Below, piece by piece: positions 26,046 to 32,000 of a stretch of 32,000 bases of DNA. The DNA lies in NCBI RefSeq assembly GCF_000023965.1, contig NC_013202.1, positions 1,320,001 through 1,352,000 on the forward strand. Direction: 5' to 3'. Position 1 is the first letter of the stretch, and the number at the start of each line of letters is the position of its first letter. The notes beneath the pieces are model-generated. The model was not told the DNA's origin. It searched no databases and worked only from the letters and a program-made list of their open reading frames with translations. The position numbers and the translations under genes are program-made. This stretch comes from Halomicrobium mukohataei DSM 12286. GTDB lineage: Archaea > Halobacteriota > Halobacteria > Halobacteriales > Haloarculaceae.

Positions 26046-27248
26046 ATGCGACGACTCCCCTCTCTCGTGGTACTCTTGGTACTCCTCGCGGCGCTCACGA
26101 TTCCCGTATCAGCGGCCGGCAACGCTTCGCCGACCGCCGCTGCGGGACTCGATCAAACGGTCACGAGCGGGACGACGGTGTACCTCGACGGCGCCAACTC
26201 CCGCGATCCCGACGGGCGTATCCAGTCCGTCGAGTGGTCGATCCGGGACCCGAACGGCGCGACCGTCTCCCCGTCGTGTCGGAACTGCCTCCAGCCGACC
26301 TTCACGCCCACCGTAACCGGGCGCTGGTCGGTCACTCTGACGGTGACCGACGACGACGGCGCAACGGCCACCGACACGCTGTACGTCACCGTCGAGGAGG
26401 CACGTGGCCCGACGCTCACGCTCGATGCACCCAATAGAGTCGTTCCAGACGAATCGACGCCCTTCGTCGTCGAAGCGACCAGCGACGGTGCCCCCCTTCG
26501 CTCCGTGTCGCTCTATCACGACGACACTCGCGTCAACAGCACGACGGTCGACGGCACCACGACGCTGACGACGCTCACCCACACGTTCTCCGAAACCGGG
26601 TCGACAGAACTGCTCGCCGCCGTGACGGACGAGGCGGGCTACGTCAACACGACGACGATCACCGTCGATCCCACGACTGCCAGTGCCGCCAGGGTGGGCG
26701 ACCGCTGTGACGAGGGCGAACGCCGGGTATACATGGGTGGAAGCATCGGAAGCATGTGCTCTTCGACGGCGCTGATCTACGAGACTCCCACTGACGTGAC
26801 GATGGTCGTTCCGACGGGCGGCGCATCTCAGGACGGTATTCAACTCTACAACAGTGAACAGGGCGAGATCGTGACAGTAGCGACGGGCGAGCAGGTCCAA
26901 GAACTACGACGTGAAAACGAAGATGGAGTGATCACGCTGGAAGATACGCGTGCGACTTATGAAGAAAATAAGCGTGAGGGGCGCTACGATGATCCGACGA
27001 GTACTGTTCAAACTGATTCTGATGATACATCTACAGAACCGGAAGAGAGCTCCTCTGAAAGCCCAGATAGTGTCTCATCTAGGTCGCCGTATCGTACGGG
27101 AAATGGCTATCACGGATCTGGTACTCAAGAAGAGGAGTCGGACGAAAGTACTGGCTCGGACACGGAATCTCAGTCGAGTTCCGGTGGATGTCGCTCCGTG
27201 AATGGGCATGCTCCTACGTCAGCCAGACACAATCTGTTGAGTTGCTGA
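26046..27248 (+). CDS. secreted PKD/Ig-like domain protein with a Ser/Asp/Glu-rich low-G+C tail
   Basis: Signal peptide MRRLPSLVVLLVLLAALTIPVSAAG. PKD-like region DGANSRDPDGRIQSVEWSI...WSVTLTVTDDDGATATDTLYVTV, followed by a second Ig-like module. G+C falls from about 26820 onward. Confidence 0.8.
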   Translation: MRRLPSLVVLLVLLAALTIPVSAAGNASPTAAAGLDQTVTSGTTVYLDGANSRDPDGRIQSVEWSIRDPNGATVSPSCRNCLQPTFTPTVTGRWSVTLTVTDDDGATATDTLYVTVEEARGPTLTLDAPNRVVPDESTPFVVEATSDGAPLRSVSLYHDDTRVNSTTVDGTTTLTTLTHTFSETGSTELLAAVTDEAGYVNTTTITVDPTTASAARVGDRCDEGERRVYMGGSIGSMCSSTALIYETPTDVTMVVPTGGASQDGIQLYNSEQGEIVTVATGEQVQELRRENEDGVITLEDTRATYEENKREGRYDDPTSTVQTDSDDTSTEPEESSSESPDSVSSRSPYRTGNGYHGSGTQEEESDESTGSDTESQSSSGGCRSVNGHAPTSARHNLLSC

Positions 27249-27278
27249 TGTAAGAACACCGGATCTGCAGGAAAATAT

Positions 27279-27287
27279 TTTTATTAT
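27279..27287 (+). promoter_or_regulatory. TATA-like box for a leaderless transcript starting at 27311
   Basis: TTTATTATA is centred about 28 nt upstream of the ATG at 27311. Confidence 0.4.
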
Positions 27288-27310
27288 ATGCCAATGGAAC
27301 AAAGACTGAG

Positions 27311-28198
27311 ATGGACATGGTTTCGAATCCGGCTGTTCGGCTTCTTGCTCTCGCCGTTTTTCCAATCACAGTCCCTATTGCTGTATGGACGAACGCTGGA
27401 GGGTACGCCGACAAGTTCGCCTCGATGCCTGGTATACAAAAAGGGGGAGGTGCCATCAGCGGACTGATCGCTCTTTTTTACATCGCGTTCTTGCTTTCGC
27501 TTGTCGGGGGAGTTGGTGCTCTCACGTCTACGGTCGATATCGACAACACCCTCAATGCGTCTGGGGGGAGTGACGAGCAACAGGCTGAGACATCCACGCC
27601 ACAGCCCGAACCCATAACTCCAAACCAGTCGGAAGCACCGACTCGGACTTCCACTCCAACAGCAACGAGAACTCCGACACAGACTCCGGAAGACACTCCT
27701 GTGAAGACCGAAACGACATCGACCGATGATCAGGAAGACTCTACGAACGAAACTGAACTTCGTCGCTTCCGATACGACCAATTCATGGATGCCTACGAAA
27801 ACATTACGCATATTGATGGATTCACTGGCACCCGCTACACGGTCAACGCTAGCAACGAGTCAGCCACGTTCTACTGGGTAACAAACCCAAAAAATATGAC
27901 TAGATGGATGTCAGAAAATAAAAATGCCATGGTTCACTATGCTGGACTTAGTGAATCCCTTCGTGAGTCAGACAGACATCCAGTCAGTCAAATCCCAAAA
28001 CACCTGAAGTTCGTCGTACTCACACCGGAGGGTGAAGTCTACCAGACCAGTTATGTCGAGTACATGTCGGCGTGGAGATTTACCAAAGATGTTATGGGTG
28101 GCTTTAGCTACCACGCTATCTTCTACGAGCACGCAAAACCTGGCCCAGCACACCCGAATTACGAAGCGAACCAGACGGCGACTGCGACCGGAGGCTAG
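27311..28198 (+). CDS. membrane protein (2 N-terminal TM helices, Thr/Pro-rich linker, unknown C-terminal domain) in low-G+C DNA
   Basis: TM segments are LLALAVFPITVPIAVW and ISGLIALFYIAFLLSLVGGVGAL. The linker reads TSTPQPEPITPNQSEAPTRTSTPTATRTPTQTPEDTP. Sampled 60-nt lines give about 38-47% G+C. Confidence 0.7.
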   Translation: MDMVSNPAVRLLALAVFPITVPIAVWTNAGGYADKFASMPGIQKGGGAISGLIALFYIAFLLSLVGGVGALTSTVDIDNTLNASGGSDEQQAETSTPQPEPITPNQSEAPTRTSTPTATRTPTQTPEDTPVKTETTSTDDQEDSTNETELRRFRYDQFMDAYENITHIDGFTGTRYTVNASNESATFYWVTNPKNMTRWMSENKNAMVHYAGLSESLRESDRHPVSQIPKHLKFVVLTPEGEVYQTSYVEYMSAWRFTKDVMGGFSYHAIFYEHAKPGPAHPNYEANQTATATGG

Positions 28199-28418
28199 TG
28201 ACTCGCCTCGGTATCAGTAATCGATTCGTGGCGATAAAGCCTAACACGGAGGGATGACGAGAAGAGTACGTGAGCGGTCGAACCACGTCGGCAGCCGGTC
28301 CCAGCAACCACCGAACAGTGCGGTGTGAGCCACTCGACAGCCCAGAGTGCGGTGCGGTCGAGTCGAGTCGCCGACGGGGAACGGACCAGGAGCGACGCGC
28401 GAGTCGCTGGAGATCGAC

Positions 28419-29072
28419 ATGAGTCAGGTGAAGGCGCGATACGGGTTCGAGGGAGTGCCACTGGAGCCGGTTCCAGCCGGGACGAACCTGCTGGTGACAG
28501 GGCCGTCGCTCGGTGGCCTGCGGCAGCTTTCGCTGAGTCTCCTGTCTGGGCCGGCCGACGAGGGAGTCTTGCTCGTGACTGCGGACGTGAGCGCCAGTGA
28601 GGTCGTCGCCGACTTCGAGGCGGTCGGTGGTGACGCGGACCCTGGGAAGATGTGTCTCGTCGACTGTACACACGAGAGCGACGGGACAGAGAGCGACCGC
28701 GTTCACGGTGTCGCGACGCCGGCCGACCTGACGGGGATCGGTATGTCGCTCTCCGCGCTGTACGAGCAACTGTACGACGACGGACTGCAGAGAGTCCGGG
28801 TGGGTGTGTACACGCTGGGTCCGTTGCTCGTGTACGCCGACGACGTACGTCCAGTGTATCGGTTTTTGCACACCGTCGCCGGGCGTGTCAGAGCGGCGGA
28901 CGGACTGGGTGTCTGTGCCGTCGATCCCGCAGCACACGACGAACGGACGATTCGGAGCGTCGCGCAGGCGTTCGACGGGAGAGTCGAGCTCCGCGAGGGC
29001 GACGCCGGGCACCAGCTTCGTGTTCGGGGCCTGTCCGGCCAGCCCGGCGGCTGGCTGGACGTGACCCTGTAG
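28419..29072 (+). CDS. RecA-fold KaiC/Rad55-like protein with a degenerate Walker A
   Basis: GTNLLVTGPSLGGLRQ occupies the position of a P-loop but has no GK[ST]. It also has a hydrophobic strand ending in D (GVLLVTAD) and the C-terminal pattern ...DGRVELR... Size and layout match the small haloarchaeal KaiC-like proteins. Confidence 0.6.
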   Translation: MSQVKARYGFEGVPLEPVPAGTNLLVTGPSLGGLRQLSLSLLSGPADEGVLLVTADVSASEVVADFEAVGGDADPGKMCLVDCTHESDGTESDRVHGVATPADLTGIGMSLSALYEQLYDDGLQRVRVGVYTLGPLLVYADDVRPVYRFLHTVAGRVRAADGLGVCAVDPAAHDERTIRSVAQAFDGRVELREGDAGHQLRVRGLSGQPGGWLDVTL

Positions 29073-29149
29073 GGATCTGTCGAAGTCTGGCTGCGCCGGC
29101 ACGGGCGAGAACACAAGCGTTTTGCCCGGTCCCCACCGTCGGTTCACCA

Positions 29150-29407
29150 ATGACTGACTACACCGCGACCGTGACGGTCAGGCTCAAGCGGGGCGTCCTC
29201 GACCCCGAAGCCGAGACGACCAAGCGAGCGCTCGAACGGCTGGGGTTCGAACTCGACGCGCTCCGATCGACGGACCGCTACGAGCTCGATCTGGTCGCCG
29301 AGAGCGAGGACGAGGCTGCCGAACGGGCCGGTGAGATGGCAGAGCGGCTGCTGGCGAACCCGACCATCCACGACTACGAGGTGGCGGTCGAGCGGGCCGA
29401 GGCATGA
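29150..29407 (+). CDS. purS: phosphoribosylformylglycinamidine synthase subunit PurS
   Basis: 85 aa, MTDYTATVTVRLKRGVLDPEAETTKRALERLGF... It overlaps purQ by 4 nt. Confidence 0.9.
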   Translation: MTDYTATVTVRLKRGVLDPEAETTKRALERLGFELDALRSTDRYELDLVAESEDEAAERAGEMAERLLANPTIHDYEVAVERAEA

Positions 29408-30084
29408 CCGTCGCCGTCGTCCGCTTTGGCGGTTCGAACTGCGACCGCGACTCCGTGCAGGCGCTGTCTCATCTGGGGATCGACGCCGAACTCGTGTGGC
29501 ACGAGGACGGACTCCCGGAGGATGTCGAGGGCGTCATGCTCCCCGGTGGGTTCTCATACGGCGATTACCTGCGAGCGGGTGCGATGGCGGCACGGTCGCC
29601 GATCATGCAAGAGGTCCGCGAGGTCGCGGCCGAGGGGGTCCCGGTACTGGGCGTCTGCAACGGTGCGCAGATCGGCTGTGAGTCGTCGCTCACGCCCGGT
29701 GCGTTCACGACGAATCGGAGCGCACGCTTCCAGTGTGAGCACGTCCACCTCCGCGTCGAGAACGCCGACACGCCGTGGACGGCCGCCTACGACGAAGGTC
29801 AGGTCGTCGAGTTCCCGATCGCTCACGGCGAAGGCCGTTTCGAGATCGACGACGACCGACTCGAAGCACTCGAAGCCAACGACCGAATTCTGTTCAAATA
29901 CTGCGACGAGAGCGGCGCGGTCCACGACGGTGCGAACCCGAACGGGTCGAAGCACAACGTCGCCGGCATCACGGGCGAGGACGACACGGTCGCCGTCATG
30001 ATGCCCCACCCCGAGCGCGTCTCGCTGCCCGACATCGGTGCCGTCGAGGGCCAAGGCGTCCTTCGCGGATTCGCGGAGGCGTAG
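29404..30084 (+). CDS. purQ: phosphoribosylformylglycinamidine synthase I (glutaminase subunit PurQ)
   Basis: MTVAVVRFGGSNCDRD, the catalytic Cys in LGVCNGAQ, and MMPHPER. Confidence 0.93.
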   Translation: MTVAVVRFGGSNCDRDSVQALSHLGIDAELVWHEDGLPEDVEGVMLPGGFSYGDYLRAGAMAARSPIMQEVREVAAEGVPVLGVCNGAQIGCESSLTPGAFTTNRSARFQCEHVHLRVENADTPWTAAYDEGQVVEFPIAHGEGRFEIDDDRLEALEANDRILFKYCDESGAVHDGANPNGSKHNVAGITGEDDTVAVMMPHPERVSLPDIGAVEGQGVLRGFAEA

Positions 30085-30132
30085 GCCGGCGAACCGCCGT
30101 GGGGACGGTTGCTATCGAGCAGGCGACCGCGC

Positions 30133-30870
30133 TCAGAACGTCCCTTCTGCGGGTGCGCTGGGGTCTCCGGAACTCACGTCGGTGCCGCGATCGAGGGGCG
30201 GTTCGCCGTACTCCTCTTCGTACGCGTCGGCAAAGCCGCTGCCCCAGACGTAGAAGATCGCCGACTGGAAGACGAACTGCACCCACGGGACCGCCAGCAA
30301 GCCGATGATCGTGAAGCCGAGGGCACTCCCGACGGCCGAGGCGATGATGTTGACGGCAAAGGCGAGCAACACGGCAACCAGCATCGTCCGGTTGGTCACG
30401 AGCGTCCTGAGGACGTCGAGATCGAAGGCCGCTGAGACGCTGTCCTTACGGACGAAGTTCGCCGTCGCGACCGGCACGGCGACGGCAACTGCAATCAGGC
30501 CCAGGAAGTAGCACAGCACGGCGATCAACACTGCGAGGAAGAACAGTCCCTCGTTTCCGGAGGCCACACCCAGGACGGCGACGATCGCAGCGGGAATCAT
30601 CGCGACGAGCAGCGCACCGATCGTGTACGGGAGCACGACGAGGAGGTATCGGAGGCCGTCGACCGTCGCCTCGACCAGATCGAGTTCGTCCCACTCGGGA
30701 GGCGTCGCCGTGTCGCCGCCGAGTACTCGGCGCATGACTTCGAGCATGTACCCCTGGAAGGTAAACAGCGGTACGACGAAGATACCGAGAATCACGACCA
30801 GCCCACCGATCCCGACACGCTTGAGCCAATCGTCTCCCTGCAACTGATACTTGATCGAATCTTCCAACAT
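30133..30870 (-). CDS. DUF4013-type integral membrane protein
   Basis: MLEDSIKYQLQGDDWLKRVGIGGLVVILGIFVVPLFTFQGYMLEVMRRVL is the characteristic DUF4013 N-terminus. The protein is polytopic with an acidic C-terminal tail. Confidence 0.8.
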   Translation of the reverse strand: MLEDSIKYQLQGDDWLKRVGIGGLVVILGIFVVPLFTFQGYMLEVMRRVLGGDTATPPEWDELDLVEATVDGLRYLLVVLPYTIGALLVAMIPAAIVAVLGVASGNEGLFFLAVLIAVLCYFLGLIAVAVAVPVATANFVRKDSVSAAFDLDVLRTLVTNRTMLVAVLLAFAVNIIASAVGSALGFTIIGLLAVPWVQFVFQSAIFYVWGSGFADAYEEEYGEPPLDRGTDVSSGDPSAPAEGTF

Positions 30871-30897
30871 AGATGATTGGGGGTCCTATGGAGGCGG

Positions 30898-30904
30898 TAT
30901 ATAA
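30898..30904 (-). promoter_or_regulatory. TATA box for the DUF4013 gene (near-leaderless)
   Basis: TATATAA is centred about 31 nt upstream of the ATG at 30870 (minus strand). Confidence 0.45.
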
Positions 30905-30913
30905 GTTGTGCAT

Positions 30914-31249
30914 GTACGCACGGTAGTGTTCAGATAAGCCGCTGCATCTTCTGAGTTGTAGACACCGAAAGCCCTCGGCACGCTCCGGGGTTCTGTGGCG
31001 GATATCCTCACTGCGTTCGGATAGTGCCGCCGCAGAACCGCCCACCGCGCCTCGCCCTTTCATCCCCCAGGATTCGGCTGTTTACCGGTCTAAACCCTGG
31101 CGGATGAAAGGGCGAGTGCAGTTGCGGGAACCCCGACGACGCAAGCACGCGAAGCGCGCGCAGCGAGTCGCGGGACCGCAACTGCACGAGGGCTTTCGGT
31201 GCTTCAGACTGCCTGCACCGATCTCTTATCTGAACACCGCCGTACGCAC
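30914..31249. repeat. 336-bp nested multi-helix palindrome: candidate structured ncRNA or large non-autonomous (MITE-like) element
   Basis: Outer 25-bp stem 30914-30938/31225-31249 (21 Watson-Crick pairs). Perfect 15-bp stem 30963-30977/31187-31201. These enclose three hairpins: 30989-31001/31027-31039, 31051-31065/31102-31116 and 31117-31127/31176-31186. There is no credible ORF. Confidence 0.5.
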
Positions 31250-31383
31250 CCGAACGCTCGCTCCTCACGAGCCGATCGCCACACTCTCGGCTGGACGCGT
31301 ATCGTCTCGGAGGATGGGAACGAGGGGCCATGGAGCGTGTGACAAGATCCTGACCCCTAACCGTCGATACGAGATCCAGGAAT

Positions 31384-31388
31384 AAAAA
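31384..31388 (-). terminator. oligo-T tract downstream of the radical-SAM gene
   Basis: The minus strand reads CGTCTTTTTATTCC about 115 nt after the stop at 31501. This is an archaeal-type T-run terminator. Confidence 0.35.
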
Positions 31389-31500
31389 GACGGGGTTACC
31401 GGAGTGAAAGTGAAAACGGGTGTAAGGAGATATCTACTGGGACTCTCTACAGCCCAGCGAGCCAGCGACTCTCACAGTTTCTGGCAGGGACCGGGTACGG

Positions 31501-32000
31501 CTATCGGGCCAGGGGGAGCGAGTAACTCGCTTCGCGCTCGACGACGGCGTCCCAGGTCGCCTCGCAGTCACAGGTGACTTGCTCGAAGACGCTCGGGTCC
31601 TGGCGGAGGTCGAAGTCTTTGATGGCGCGCTGGGCGCGGTCGTCGCACTCTCCGCAGTTGTGCGGGCCGCGGTCGCTCCCGTGGCCGACGGGGTCCGAGA
31701 CGACGATCACGTCCTCGTCGGCGGTCGACTCCAGCACCTCGCACACCGACCAGAGCCACGGCGGCCGGTATCCTTGGTCGTGAAACAGCTCTTCGACCAT
31801 CGTGTAGCGCTGGACGTTACAGGGGTTCATCGAGACGGTGTGACACCCCTCGACGTCGGCGCACTTGCGCACGGAGCGCTGCATGTCTTCGATCGCCTCC
31901 GACTCCGTGAGGAAGGGCGGTTTCATCAGGAGATACGCCTTGACGCCGCCACCGGCGGCCTGTGCCTGTGCGGCCGCGTCCTCGAAATCCGAAAAGTCGA
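31501..32000 (-). CDS. radical-SAM protein, C-terminal part (TIGR01210 / archaeosine RaSEA-like); 5' end outside the window
   Basis: The reading frame stays open to the window edge (...DFEDAAAQAQAAGGGVKAYLLMKPPFLTESEAIEDM...). The C-terminal Cys-rich region (HNCGECD, CDCE) resembles that family from memory. Confidence 0.6.
   Translation of the reverse strand, partial: DFSDFEDAAAQAQAAGGGVKAYLLMKPPFLTESEAIEDMQRSVRKCADVEGCHTVSMNPCNVQRYTMVEELFHDQGYRPPWLWSVCEVLESTADEDVIVVSDPVGHGSDRGPHNCGECDDRAQRAIKDFDLRQDPSVFEQVTCDCEATWDAVVEREASYSLPLAR

Noticed and set aside
27318-27335. GGTTTCGAATCCGG resembles a tRNA T-arm or a tRNA-derived att site.
   Set aside because: The flanking bases cannot form a T-stem (ATGGT versus CCGGC), there is no acceptor or anticodon arm, and the sequence lies inside a well-supported ORF.
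30914-31249. Possible identity as RNase P RNA or SRP (7S) RNA.
   Set aside because: On either strand I could not find the universal RNase P P4 elements (GAGGAAAGUCC-type and ACAGAA..GGCUUA-type at the proper spacing). Nor could I find the SRP helix-8 GGAA-tetraloop region. The CCACAGAACCCCGG and GGATGAAAGGGCG look-alikes are only about 50 nt apart, so they are in the wrong arrangement.
31008-31385. Two overlapping ORFs (31008-31331 on the minus strand, 31104-31385 on the plus strand) inside the large palindrome.
   Set aside because: They are Arg-rich with no motifs. Their existence on both strands is explained by the palindromic, stop-poor G+C-rich sequence.
1-32000. Search for CRISPR arrays, rRNA or tRNA genes, transposase or integrase genes, and canonical defence genes.
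   Set aside because: I found no regularly spaced direct repeats, no cloverleaf-compatible segments in the intergenic gaps, and no ORF with DDE, tyrosine-recombinase, nuclease or helicase defence hallmarks.

Overview
High-G+C DNA whose proteins are strongly acidic, with 4-nt ATGA/GTGA gene overlaps and TATA-like boxes about 27 nt upstream of start codons. This is the pattern of a haloarchaeal (class Halobacteria) chromosome. I call about 40 closely packed genes, mostly housekeeping. They are: pyrG-guaA(subunit B)-small Rossmann-like gene; an MBL hydrolase and moaB; an MDR oxidoreductase; a wtpCBA-type molybdate/tungstate ABC transporter divergent from a ModE/TOBE regulator; tmk; a CetZ1-type tubulin homologue translationally coupled to a membrane-anchored protein; the F420/FO genes cofC-cofG and cofH, separated by an HTH_10 regulator and a cytochrome P450; a CaCA antiporter; purC, purU, purS-purQ; a DUF4013 membrane protein; and a partial radical-SAM gene at the right edge. 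No rRNA, tRNA, CRISPR array or transposase gene was seen. Five things stand out. (1) A family of short palindromic MITE-like elements in two related subtypes. Each intact copy is flanked by a direct TGA/TCA trinucleotide, and in all three intact copies one flank is the TGA stop codon of the neighbouring gene. (2) A 336-bp nested multi-helix palindrome in a 630-bp ORF-free gap, whose ends resemble the MITE termini; it is either a structured RNA or a larger non-autonomous element. (3) An extremely AT-rich islet that appears to replace the 3' end of a hydrolase gene. (4) A low-G+C cassette (3' third of a PKD-domain gene plus a membrane-protein gene) that looks horizontally acquired. (5) A 51-codon CxxC ORF that is absent from the ORF track. 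I found no clear multi-gene novel system such as a defence island. All coordinates and counts come from hand inspection.
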